62,495 bases of DNA, filler included, from Rhabdomonas costata (GCA_019059605.1; 34 parts of 34 records of this genome joined end to end with filler, not necessarily neighbours in it); one strand, 5' to 3'. Shown: positions 25,784-38,444, counted from the whole stretch's first letter. Made by a program: numbers and translations. Notes: generated by a model from the sequence alone, not told the origin.

Positions 25784-27525
25784 TGCACGGGGAGAAGACT
25801 CGGAGGGCTCGCGGGGCACCGAAGCTGAGCCCCGCCTCCCCACCACTGCGGAGGTAGGCGCTGGGGTGGACGGTGAGGTTGCTTTAGGTCCAAAGGCTTC
25901 CCCTGACCGGGAGTTGCCCACCACACGGCACAGCACATCTCCTCGGAAACTCTGCATCATGGAGACAACCTCCTCGTGGACGTCTCCTGGAATGTTGCTT
26001 TCGTGTAGGGCGGCAGAAAGAAGCTCAATAACAGCATCGAAGTGTGTGTCATTCAACCCCTGATCACGCACAAGCGTCCGGTGTGCTGCACGAAGGCTGC
26101 GTCCATCGTAACTGCTGGGGCCTCCCAGCGCCAGGGCAAAAAAGTTGCGCTGCATCTTCTGGAAGCGCGACTTCTCTACCTGGGAAAAGAAGCTTCCCAC
26201 TCGTCGATCCTCAGCAAGCTTGCCACAGTACCGCTGGACAAATGATTGAAGAGCCTGCTCCCCACCCATTCGCTGGTACAGTGTTTGGGAGCTGGGCGGG
26301 CTGGTTTCGGATGAAGATGAGCTGCCGCTGCCCTCCACTCTCAATGATGACGAGGATTCTACTGCTGGCTGTTGCGGCTTGTCAAGTACATCATCACGCA
26401 CACTTTCCGCCACTGCAATCACCTCAGAGATCACGTCCTCCGGAAAATCCGCTTCCAAGAGAGTCGACCGCAGCGATTCCATCACAGCATCGTAGTGACT
26501 GTCATTTAAGCCAAGCTCTCGCACAAGTCGGCGGTGGGCTACCCGCATGCTGCGACCATCATACTTCACTTGCCCACCGAGAGCAAAGGAAAGAAACCGG
26601 GTGAACATCCGCTTCTGATTGTTCATGTCAACTGAGGCAAAGAAATGCCGCACCCGGGGGTCGTACAGGATTCGAAAGTACAGCCGGTCCACTAGCTTCT
26701 CGACGCTGGCCTTCGCACTGACACGATCGTATAAAGTAACCTCGGTGTTGCTTGTGCCGCGGGCCTGCATAGGCTGTGCCTGAGGTGGGCTTCTCTCCAA
26801 AGACGAAACAGCTGCCGAGGGTTTCCTCTCGGATGCGGCGGCGGGCTTTGAGGTGAAACTTGCATTCCCCGTTCCAAATCTCGCACGCGCGGCTGTCGCA
26901 GGGGAAGTCGACTCTCCATTCTGCTGGCAGGCGGCCATTGGACCCGTCGAGGTCATTGCAGGCAACGCTCGCCCACCATTTGAAACCCCACAGGCGACAA
27001 AATCTCTTTCGGCGGAAATATCGCCGCCGGAGTGAACTTCGCCGCGCACCCCAGAAGAGGAGGGATCCCCTGCTGCGAGAGGAGGTGCCATTTCCCCCTC
27101 CACAGGCTTGTTCAGGATATCCCCACGCAGACTTTCCGTCAGGCCAAGAATACTTTCTATCACATTCTCAGGAAGATCCTGTTCCCGCAGCGTCGACTGC
27201 AGAGCCTCCATAACAGCGTCAAAGTGGGTGTCGTTCAGGCCCTTCTCCGTCACCAAAGCTTTGTGGGCCAAACGCATTTGTTTCATGTCATAGCTCACCT
27301 TGCCACCCAAAGCGAAGGAAAGAAACTGGGTGAACATTTTCTTCTGCTTCACCATGTCATACGCCTGAAAAAAGTGCCGCACCCGGGGGTCGTACAGGAT
27401 TCGGAAGTACATCCGGTCCACTAGCTTCTCCACGCTGACCTTTGCGCTCACCCGATCGTATAGCGTAACTTCCATCTTGCTTGCACCCTGGGCTCGAGGG
27501 GGTTGCTGCGGAACCCGTGGAGAGT
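25784..27525 (-). CDS. Multi-domain group I truncated (2/2) haemoglobin, at least 3 tandem domains, open at both contig ends
   Basis: Three copies of TLY.R..G/A...DPRV..FF...F...ALGG...YD...MR.AH..LV...GLND.H(F/Y)DAV, separated by Ser/Pro/Ala-rich linkers; no stop across the whole contig. Confidence 0.93.
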
Positions 27526-27625
27526 NNNNNNNNNNNNNNNNNNNNNNNNNNNNNNNNNNNNNNNNNNNNTTAATTAATTAANNNNNNNNNNNNNNNNNNN
27601 NNNNNNNNNNNNNNNNNNNNNNNNN

Positions 27626-28676
27626 GGTGTGCTGGCGCTGCTGAACCCAGGCCACTGCACGACGTTGCCCACAACATACGCGCCGGAGCGGAGGTCGAGT
27701 TCCTTGTCCATGCCCCGGAAGACGAGCCCTGTGATGTCGGGAAGGGCATCCAGTGCAGTGAGGCGTGGTGGACGGAGCAGGTCATCTGACACAGAAAAGC
27801 TTAGGAGCCCACACAAAAACGGGAAGTAAGCAATGGCTCAGGCATTATTAGAGCAGTACAAAACGAGTGGTGGCTTTTTCCCTCGTATTGGCTTCTTCCC
27901 TCCGGTCTTGGGCCGCGGGATGAACACACTTGGGCTCAAATGAAGTAAATCTCATTTCCGCGGGTCTGTGGTGTCCTGGGCCCCAGAACAAGTTACAACA
28001 TCAAGTCTTGGTGTCCTGGACCCCAGAACAAGTTACAACATCAAGTCTTATGTCGGCCAGGTGGAGGAAGGGGGGAGGTGCCCATCCGGCTAGGTTTCTT
28101 GATGCTTCGAGGTCCCCTTGAATTAGCTTTGCTTCAATTCAGTGTTTTGCCTAAAAAACCGAAACAGAGAAGGGCGAAAGGTCTCCTTTTGGGTCTCCTT
28201 CGTTACGTATTTGAGGCGTTAAGTAGTGTTGACTTTTCCGTTTCGTTTTCTCAGAGTTCAATGAACTTTTTGACGGGAGCGGGTGCCAATATGTGGCATC
28301 ATTTCAATAAAACAAAACACCCGTTTCGCGTCAAGCGGCAACCCGAGCTGAAAATACCATTTTTAGATTTATTCGGGAGGCCATGGTTTCAACCACATTC
28401 TAAACAACTCCCCTTTCCAAAAACCACACCCACGCGCCCATCACAGTCCTGCCCACCAATAGAACCTCTGTGGCGGGGGCGTTTTTCCAGGGCACGCTCG
28501 AGCTGGAACGCGAACTCCTTGAAGCGCTCCAACTGACCCTTCTGCTTGGCCCACAGCTTCGCGGTCAGCACGGGTGGCCAAACCACAGACTCCCTCATGG
28601 TGCGGTTGAGGTCCCCGTACAGCTCGGTTTCCAGGCCGTACAGCAGGATGACCCCAAAGTCTTCAAGGTCGGCGAT
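27626..28676 (-). CDS. ADP-ribosyltransferase domain protein (ARTC / R-S-E clade), partial (exons 28676-28466, 27785-27626)
   Basis: ILLYGLETELYGDLNRTMR..F.FQLERALEK../..LVFRGM...YVVGNVVQWPGFSSAST contains the I.LY..LY..LN..R helix, the VFRG arginine and the FSSAS motif; phase-1 join. Confidence 0.8.
27970..28049. repeat. 40-bp tandem duplication inside the ART intron
   Basis: ggtgtcctgg(g/a)ccccagaacaagttacaacatcaagtctt twice, one mismatch. Confidence 0.95.
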
Positions 28677-29485
28677 CTGAGGAAGGATGCATTCCGTTCT
28701 GATCTGCACGTAAAGGCGGTTCAGTTGCGGGTGGGTGTGCGGCTATCCTGTATGCGTTTCCGCACACCTGGTTACATTCACGGAGTTCTACCACCAGGGC
28801 GTTTTTCCATGAATTTTTGCCTCGGTTTTCCGCTGCAAATAAAAACTCTCAATGGAAAAAACAATGCTTTTTTTTTGGGTTTAAGCCTGCAGCAGTTGGG
28901 TGGCTACGGTGTCTTTGCCAAGAAACTCGGGGTCACACCCGTTGATTTCTGCCTGTGCCTGTGTGGTGGAGAAGGCCTTGCGCTTTGTCCAGAGGAGGTC
29001 TCACAGGTCACCAACAGAAGTCGTTCACATCCAACAAGCAAACACGGAGGTGCAAACACAGCAACAGCAGAACATTTTTCTTCACCCCCCTCTCCCCTTT
29101 CGACGAATGTCGCTTTGGCCGCCACACTGCGTGCATCCCTCTGAATTGTGAAATCATCTGACCGGGGGTGATCACTATGAGAGAGAGAGGCCTGCTACTG
29201 CTCTTCGCGAACGGAGACGTGGAAAACCGGTGGTCCAGTCTCTGAGCTTGTTCACTTTTGCACAGTGCATAATTTAAAATATGCAGCTGTGAACCAGCTT
29301 TAACAAAACCCCCAAACTAAGTATCCAGTGGGCCGATGCCATCGATACCCACGAGAGCATTGACACCANNNNNNNNNNNNNNNNNNNNNNNNNNNNNNNN
29401 NNNNNNNNNNNNTTAATTAATTAANNNNNNNNNNNNNNNNNNNNNNNNNNNNNNNNNNNNNNNNNNNNTTGTTGTGTGTGTGTGT

Positions 29486-31037
29486 GATGCTGGTGGGGCA
29501 GACCAAGACCGGGAAGTCGGTGTGCCACACTACTCTGAAGCGGGCCCTCACCAAGTTGGGGGTGGAGGCCACCGCCACAGCAGAGGCTGAGCAGCGTGCC
29601 AACGAGCACCCGTGGCACCAGGCCGTGACGACGTACCTCATGAATCCCAAGTCCGTGACCATGGGGGAGCTGTACGGGGAGGTCAATGAGGTCACGCGGG
29701 AATGGACCGATGGGATCCTCTCCAACATCGCGAGGAAGGCGGTGAAGAACATGAACTCTCGGGCTCGCAGCTGGCTCATCTTCGACGGGCCGGTCGATGC
29801 GCTGTGGATTGAGAATCTGGTATGCACACCCACTCATGTCCAAGCGTTATCCCTTCCGTCTGGTTTCTATAACAGCCAGACAATACCGGATGCCCGTCTT
29901 CGGGAGGTGCTTTGCGAGGTTTTGGCTTTTGTGTGCTGGGCAGGCTACATCCTCCGTGAAGAAGATAGGACATGCATCAACCAATTCGAATTATCCGCCT
30001 TTGACAAATTTGGAAAGTCTGAAAGTGTGATCACTGCAGCTTCGGAATTTTCAAGGATGAAGGCCGCTTCACATAGCGAACAAAGGCATACGGTACTTGC
30101 AACCTCACCTGACACTCCCTGAGCTCTTACCAGTGATGTTCGGTTTCTAAGTCGTGGGCTACGTGGGGTGGGGCGGGGGTCAGAACACCGTGCTGGACGA
30201 TAACAAGATGCTTTGCCTGGTGAACGGCGAGCGTATCAAGATCAGTGACACGGTCAGCTTCATGTTTGAGGTGCAGGACTTGCGGGTGGCCTCCCCTGCG
30301 ACTGTGTCGCGTTGCGGTATGGTCTTCCTGGAGCCTGACCACCTGGACGGCGGGATGCGCCCCTTGGCCACCCGAATGAACACCGCGCTGGCCCAGAGGT
30401 AAGTAACACACACAACACACATACACACATACACACGCTTCAGTGGCTTTCAGCATCCATGCCTTACCTGCTGGGCAGACACTAGCTGGTGTTTGCGACC
30501 AGAGAACTGCAACCCCTCAGGGAAAATGCTCTGCGCTCACGAAAAAAAAACACTCTCGTTGCAACTTTTTCCGATCGGGAAATGCCATCTGTCCACATCA
30601 TCGTTTGATCGTTTGGATTGGGATACAGCAACACATCCATGCACACACACACACACATACATTCCGATTCGTTTGCATTCTGCGTGCCCCAACCGTACCT
30701 ATATATTTTTAGACGTAGGAGACAGCGGGGTTTGGAATAGAGGCAGCTGTCTGTGGAAACAGGAAGGAGCACCTTTGAGCAGCGGTGGTGAGGACTCCTT
30801 CCCATCCCGGCAATCACAAACGCGTCAGGTACCCCGAGACGTGGCAGGCCGCGCGTGCCGCGGAGCTGCTGGAGCGGTTCGTGCCCAGCACCCATGAGTT
30901 CCTCCGGGCGAGCTGCCGGGAGTACATCCCCAGCAACCGCACGCAGCTGATGGAGAGTCTTCTGGTGCTGCTGGAGAGCCTTGTGAAGAACATCGAGGTC
31001 GACGATGACGACCCCGAGGGCTCGGCCCCGAAGAAAG
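29486..31037 (+). CDS. Axonemal-type dynein heavy chain, AAA2 region (exons ~29486-29819, 30184-30398, 30829-~31037)
   Basis: [12 protein letters not shown] (Walker A), [76 protein letters not shown]. Confidence 0.97.
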
Positions 31038-31789
31038 GCATGCACATAGACAAACATGCACACGGCAGTCAGAGGCAGAACCCCGTCCATCTCTTGAATG
31101 CAGATCACACGGAGGCCTGCAATTCTGTTTCTGTCCAGGCTGCTACTTTGATATCCCGTGAACTCAGCAGCAGATTCTGACCACTGCCTACACTGTGCAA
31201 CCCACAACANNNNNNNNNNNNNNNNNNNNNNNNNNNNNNNNNNNNNNNNNNNNTTAATTAATTAANNNNNNNNNNNNNNNNNNNNNNNNNNNNNNNNNNN
31301 NNNNNNNNNGGGGTGTTGTGTTCGAAGCATACCACGCCGTCCATCACAACAAGCGGAGGCAGGCAGTGCTGAATAGGAAAAGAGGGGATCAAAAACACCT
31401 CGTGACTATCACTTCAGCTGGAAAAATCATGGAGAAATCAAGAGGGTGTTTATTCGGCCTTGCTGCCTGTTGAATTACTGACTGTTGGTGACTGCTGTGA
31501 ACTGACGAGTGCGCGTGCTGTTGTCCACGGATGCTCGCGTGAGGCACCTTCAAAGCGAATGGCGCCTTGCCTGCTCCATTGCTGCCCGAGTCTGAGGCTC
31601 CTTCGTCCTTTTTGATGGGAGTGTGGCGCGTGTGCGTGTGCCTGTGGTGAGCGCAAATCTTTTCTGCGAAGTCGAGATTCTCTTCCCTCCTTGGGCTCCC
31701 CCACCTTACCTCTCCGCTCTGAGCCTCGCTGCCTAATGCCATTCCTTGTCTCGCAGGGACCCCCCTCCACACAAAACACACACACATAC

Positions 31790-32522
31790 CTCTGGGGCGC
31801 CCACTGCCCTTGCCCAGCTGAGGTGAAGGGTACGGTTGAGCCGGTTATTCAGCTCCTCGCCCTGGCCACGGCACGACGCCACATCGGCGTCGCGGTACCG
31901 GAACACTACCTTGCACAGACTGTGGGGGCTGGACCGCAGCTCCGCGCAGTCGCAGCTCTGCAGGCTGTGATTGAGACGAACATCCCACACATCCCACATC
32001 CCACTGAATGCTGAGTGCTGAGAATTCTCATGAAAAGGCGGTATTCAAGTGCCGCAAGGCACGCAATGACATGGTGGGCACGCTCACACCGCCTGTGTTA
32101 ACTGCAACGGCTTTCACTGCGCTGAGATCTCATTCTCGCACCCGCACCCCCAGCTCCCAACTCAATCTTCAGAATAGATCGATCTGGGCATGGGGCTTAG
32201 GATTCGGTTGGTTCACCACTTTTGGTGAAGCATGAAAGTGAAGCCTGTGCTGGTCTCGAGGCGATGTAGAATCGTTCAAATGCCCTTCAATTCCGCTGAC
32301 CACATCTCAGCAACAATCACGTTCCATAAAAATCATTACAGGGACTCTCCCATCATTCGAGGGAGTTGCGCTTGGAAGTGGATGAAAGGGAGTGCTGAGG
32401 GAGGGAGAGGAGTGTACCCAGCAATTAGGTGAACGGCTTGGTCCATCCTGGCCTGAGTTGCCGAACCCAGCGCGGCGCTGCCCAGCACCTTAAGCCGCAA
32501 GTACAGCTCCACCGTCGACGTG
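31790..32522 (-). CDS. Group II PLP-dependent decarboxylase-like protein, C-terminal part (exons 32522-32418, 31964-31790)
   Basis: Phase-2 join gives VELYLRLKVLGSAALG..RMDQAVHLIAG/LQSCDCAELRSSPHSLCKVVFRY...EELNNRL, like the LKLW..L..G / EL...P.L..V.FR / LN..L pattern. Confidence 0.6.
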
Positions 32523-35500
32523 CTGAGAAGCAAATGAGCGAAGGGGATGGGAGCTGAGGGGGTGGAGCAGCGGATGAAGCAAAGCTGGCATGGGTGGCCA
32601 GACTGAGGGCAAGGATCATCTCAAGACAAAAGTGTTTTCATAGGTTGCAGCAGTTCGATATAGGTGCAAAGCTGCCTGTCCGTACATGTCCGCATGCTGG
32701 CAGCACTTTTCAGTAACAACAACAACAACAAAATTTCACGTTTTTTGTGCCCGAAATTATCCAAGTCAATTTTTTATTACGAGTTTTTGTTCGACTTTCA
32801 CGCACGCAAAATTTTGTCTGAACCTGTTGACCCTCGCCGATGAGCCGCGATATCACACAGACATAAAAAGGAACGCACCGGCCATGACACCCACTACACA
32901 CAACAAAACGAATCTAAAAGAACAAGCTCAGAACCCACCCTATCTTCCCTCCTACCACATCCCAACTCCCTACAACCCCCATCCAACCAAAAGGTGCCCA
33001 TCACGCCAAACCCAAAACACGTGACGCTACTCTCGCAACTCACCACAAAANNNNNNNNNNNNNNNNNNNNNNNNNNNNNNNNNNNNNNNNNNNNTTAATT
33101 AATTAANNNNNNNNNNNNNNNNNNNNNNNNNNNNNNNNNNNNNNNNNNNNGATCGGAATAGCGCCCTTGTGTGCTTATTCAGTTCAGTCCTTTGGGACCT
33201 GTTTCGTTTCACGTTAACAACACCGCAAACTTCCACCACACTCCCAATTCGATTCCCACTTTATGTATTTTTTTTTGCAACAGTAGCTCAGTGTCCGAGA
33301 CAAATAGCAAACATATGCACATTGCTTTCACAAACAAAGAAAGGGAAGGGAAGAAGCCAGGTGGAAGGGCATGAGATCAGAGAAGGAACGGATGTGGGAA
33401 GGGGAACGTTGGGCTGGAATCCGGAAGATGCCAAAATGCTTAGCATGGTCGATGTGCCGTTTTTGCTTGAATCGGAAGGGGACATTCTCAGAACTCCCAC
33501 CTCCACAGAGAAGGAGGGAGAGACAGTGCACAATCGCGCACAAAAAAAGCACAGGGGGAGGGGCACACCGGGCGCTTCAGGAGCTCATGCTCTGTGCTGG
33601 AGTTGATAATAGAGAGGCGGCGAGAGCCCCCAAGCGGGAGCCTGCGGGCTAAAGGCGAGGCGGGCGAGCTGGGCACGATTGAATCCGACTTGACAATCGC
33701 CCTAGAAAATCGCTGCTGCGAGGAGAAAAAAACACGAAAAAGAAAAAGCAGCAAGCAAAGAAAAAAGAAGTGCAACCAAAACGCTGAGGTCGTGAAGGCT
33801 GCCGTGCAAGGGAACGGAGAACTTGGCAGCCACGTGATGGGTAAAGTCGGCTAAGGGTAGATGATTAGGGGAAGGCAGGGGGGAGGTCGGAATGGTGTAT
33901 TGGGTTGTTGCGCCCCATCTGGAAAACGACGGGTAATGGATCCTGCCCAATCCTTGTGATGTGTTGATTTCACAAACAACAGAGATCACGACCGCACAGC
34001 AGCGGAATGTCAATGGTTCATGTGAATAACAATAAAATACACGCGGGTGCTAAGGTTGACGGAGGGAACAAATGGAGAAGATGCAAAACAGAAGGGGGTG
34101 GGCTCGAAGTTGTCGGGAGAGGCAGGGAGGATGGACACAGAGGGAAAAAGATGTTACGCTAGGGGGGAACAATCGGGGACAAAAAGGTATTTCAAGGTCG
34201 GCGAAGCTGGAACCTCGGCGGACTCCTTCTCGTCTTTAACGAGTTGAGAGCCGCTGTTAGACCATGCTGTCGAAGGCCTCTCCTCTTCCTCGTTCGAGTC
34301 ATTGCGGAGATGCTATGAGAAAAGGAAAGGAAAGAGTAAATCATACGCCACCGCAGCGGAATACAATACCCCGAATCCATCGGGTTGGAAGTATCATACT
34401 GGTGATACTGCCCATACTGGTGACTGGGCTGTCACACGCCGTTTCAAGCACCGGGGCATTGAATGCAGAATTTTGGGGTTTCAGCGAAAACGCACGGACG
34501 AAAGTAAAACCACCGCCGGGCTTGAGCCAAAACTAGCCCTCTGATTCTTTCCCAGAACAGGGCTAGCCCCAGGGCAAGCGGTGCCCCGCAATGGACTGGG
34601 TCACTGCCTCATACCATGGTATCTTGACCTCAGAGTAGCACCCGAACAATCAGCGGGGCTCGCATCACAGTATACAGTGTTCCCATGCAAAATCCCACGC
34701 GGTCTGGCAAAGAATGAAAGTTGCTGAGCGCGTCATGACTCGCAGCAACTCACCGAGAAACAAAATCCCACCCTGCACCTTTTGACCCACACAGTCAGAC
34801 AGTCAGGTCTGCACAGCGAGAAGGAGTCCCACACGTGGGGGACGATATCTTAACGACTCACCTGCAGCACGGCCTGGGGAAGGGACTTGCGNNNNNNNNN
34901 NNNNNNNNNNNNNNNNNNNNNNNNNNNNNNNNNNNTTAATTAATTAANNNNNNNNNNNNNNNNNNNNNNNNNNNNNNNNNNNNNNNNNNNNGGGGGTTTG
35001 TATAAATGCACTTGATATGGGGGGCGGGGCGTCTAAGGGGATCTGGCAAGGTAAACCCATCCAACTTTTCGGCAATGTTAACTCAGTTAACTTATTTCTC
35101 GTGCTCGGAAAATAACTTCACCAAAAAAACAAAATTCACCAAAATTTCCTTGACGGTGCTTGGCGGTGTCAAACGTTTAACACCGTAAGACATCATTGCA
35201 GGTCCCCAAATCATCCGTGCAAAGCAAAATTCAAAATTCAATTATCCCCTGAGCCTGTGCTACTTGTGTGGTTGTACAAAACCCGAACATACAAAATCAC
35301 ATTCTGGGACACTCCCAGTTAGCAGCTTTCGGCTGTCGCCTCTCTCTGCTGCCTCTCACTCACTCTCTGGTCGTGAAGCGAATACAAACAACATTCGGTC
35401 TTGTGGTTTCTTTTGCAGATTTCTCTCTGTAGGCAAGATTGATGATTAGAAGGAAAGCCAACCAGACGCAGAAGGGAAAAAGTGTTACAGAGCACAGTCC

Positions 35501-35978
35501 TCAGACCTTGATTTGAATTCCAGCGTCAAGCAGGACCTGTGCAACGGCCAAATGGCCGTATTTGAAGGCAAACATCCTGTGCAGCACAATGAAATTCCCT
35601 CTTTCCAGGTTTTGATACTCAAAAGCCATGGTTCCGTGAAAAGACAGCCCTTGTCTGCATGTGGCCAGAAACCCTACAACCGCTGAAGGAGGGCCAACCA
35701 AACTCCTGGCAAAAAGTAAAGGAAATGGAAAAGGATCGGATGTACTTCTGTTGGTGGTCCTATGACATTCCAGGAGCTCCGCTTTGTTTCCGGCATTCAT
35801 CTCACGGCCAGGAAGATTCAAAGCAAGCACGAAGAACAAAAAGCGAGAGAGTGCACGGGCGTCGTACAGGGCAGTCAGGCCGTGCTCGTCCACCACGCCG
35901 AGGTCAGCCTTCTCGTGGATCAGGGTGGCGACCACGTCGGCGTACCCTCGGGCCGCGGCGCACAGCAGGATGTCAGGG
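35501..35978 (-). CDS. Ankyrin-repeat protein, partial (exons ~35978-35868, 35576-35501)
   Basis: LLCAAARGYADVVATLIHEKADLGVVDEHGLTAL/MFAFKYGHLAVAQVLLDAG after a CT|gtacga...cacag|G splice. Confidence 0.88.
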
Positions 35979-38234
35979 CTTCTCCTCACATCCTTTATTG
36001 CACCGCGAATCCCAGTTAAAATGCAATATTGCTATTGATATCAAAATGATTTCTGGAAGCAGAGTGAGCGAATGCGTACGAAGTTGGACATGCAACCGCA
36101 TGGGATTGTACGTGAGTATTAGGTGATTGTGCGTTTGCAGCGATGTCTACAATTGGGTCTAACATGTAAAATGTCGAAATTGACCGTTCTTCGCGCCCCG
36201 CGAGTTTCCTCCTCACCTCTTCACCACCACGTGCCTGCTTGTTTGAAGTTTCTTGTTTTCTGTTTGTACTGCTGGTGTGATGCTCACTGGACTTTGGTGA
36301 CGCGGTGCCGTGAAAGTGAAGAAATAAAGAAAGTGAAGAAAACATGTCCAAATAAGTGTTTTGAGAATTCCCTGCAGAGCAGTTCTGCTGCAACTTCTGT
36401 GTGCCGATTTCTGGGACGGGTGCCTCCAAGGAATTAAGAGTTCTCGTTGAGCAGGAACACGACCCGGCGATCGAGGTTAATCACCCCGAAAATGGGTTCA
36501 AGTGTGCCATGCTTCAGGTTCAAATTGGTGCGCTTGTGGTGTGGGGAGCCGCATCTTCGAGATCACAGAGAATGAATGTTGAGCGCAAACTAGAGCGACA
36601 AAACGAGGGATGGGCGAGCACCGTTGGGGAGGTCAAGGTGACGCTCTCGTACAGGTCAATCACCCGCGAGGGCTGCTGCGCCGCTGAATCCACGCCCCCG
36701 GCGAGGCGGTCCTCGCGGCGCGCCCCACACCCNNNNNNNNNNNNNNNNNNNNNNNNNNNNNNNNNNNNNNNNNNNNTTAATTAATTAANNNNNNNNNNNN
36801 NNNNNNNNNNNNNNNNNNNNNNNNNNNNNNNNGTGTGTGGGGGTAGGAACTAGAGGTGTGGTGATGATGCCGACGCCTGCTGGGCATGACCTCCGGCCCT
36901 ACGGCGACCTATGACCTATACCTTTAGATGGTGTACATGTGGACCTTGTACCGCTACCACGCATGGACTCTCCACAGGATTCCGGGCCCATGCTCCGTCT
37001 AACACCCTGGGGGAATGACGTGATGGCAAAGATGGACCCCCTAGTCTTTGCGTCGCCTATTCCGCTCCGCTCGTATGCCAGTAAATGTGTGCTCGCCCCA
37101 AATTTCCCAACTCGGTTCCTCGCCGCGGGGCCCCTGCGCCGACTCACTCTTAAAGTGTTGGTGTTGGTCTGGGCTCGGCCCCAATGATGGCACCGGCCTT
37201 TAGGCAGGTATGGGATGGGATGGGGGCCTTGCCGGGGAGTAAGTTTTCCTGATCGCATGCCCCGCACGCGCCCAAAAGTTTCATGTACTACGCTTGGCTC
37301 CGCCTACGTGCCAGCATTCTTACATCACGATGAGCTGCCTCGTTCATGGCCCATCATGTTCGCGGGGCACCGCCCGGAAGACTGAGCGACACGTAGGGTT
37401 AAAAGGTCTTAATGCAAGGGAATGTACCTAGGTAGCTGGACCCCAGGCCTTAAGCGCCAAGCGTTATAGGCGAATTAGGAAACAAGAACAGACACAGGAC
37501 GGATTGAATTTTTTACGCGCTTGCAACCTATTTCGCCGATGGAAGACATGATGGAATAACGCCGCCAACGGGTTATGGGGGTTGAAGTTATACAGCAGTA
37601 ATGCAAGGCGGAGTCAAATTAGGCGCGGGGTCGCGGAATGAAACCGTTACGTTAAGGTCTTTTTTAGGACACCACATATTTCTCCAAGAGCCCCTTATGT
37701 CACATAAGTCATTCCAGGTTTTCGGCCCGAAGTTTTGGGGAAACGAACATTGGATGGAACACCAACAAAATGTTCGTTAAATGGCACCGTAAGGAACCGC
37801 AAGCCGTTTCACTCGCGAATCCCAATTCTAGTAAGACCCATTGGCTCCAACCTGGATCTGAAGATGTATACCGATGTCTTGTTATACGTAGCGGTTAGAG
37901 AGCACATCTGCGCGTTAGCTTGGAGGCATCGTGGGCAACCCGGTGGTGAAATGGCCTCATGCAGCATAAGTTCGCGGGGAAATGTCTGGAAGAACCAGGT
38001 CGCAAATGTGCCAGGCTGTAGTGTCCAGGAGAACATCAGAGACAGAGGGCGGAGGTAAAAACGGCGAAGTCGAGGACAACAAGAAACACCAATGAGCGGT
38101 GCACGTCAAGGTCCTGGCAAAGAGCAGAAGCTCGCAAGCTGAGGGGTCCACCAGTCTCTCAATTGACGGCAAGCTGAAACGCAGTTAAACGGGAGCCACC
38201 ATTAGCTGCCCCTCAGTCCTTCCCCCCACGCTCC

Positions 38235-38444
38235 TCACTTCCCGTGAGAGGAGGCCGTCATCTGCGAGATCAGTCTCTTCTTGTAGTCCGCGAACTGGCC
38301 CTCGAATCGGGTCAGGTGCCCGCCACCGGCCACCCAGATCTCGTCGCACACAGAGCTGATCAGGTGCTCGTCGTGGCTGATGATCAGCACCCCGCCCTCG
38401 TAGCAGTTCAGCGCGGCAATCAGCGCGTCCACGGTGTCCAAGTC
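38235..38444 (-). CDS. ABC-F family ATPase (GCN20/ABCF3-like), terminal exon
   Basis: gtgcag|DLDTVDALIAALNCYEGGVLIISHDEHLISSVCDEIWV..GHLTRFEGQFADYKK..stop. Confidence 0.93.
   Translation of the reverse strand, partial: DLDTVDALIAALNCYEGGVLIISHDEHLISSVCDEIWVAGGGHLTRFEGQFADYKKRLISQMTASSHGK

Noticed and set aside
24434-28676. Apparent cluster of SDH1, polyglobin and ART genes
   Set aside because: They are on different contigs, adjacent only because of size sorting.
37391-37402. acgtagggTTAA, like a piggyBac right end
   Set aside because: No matching left end or transposase in the contig; too short to be significant.
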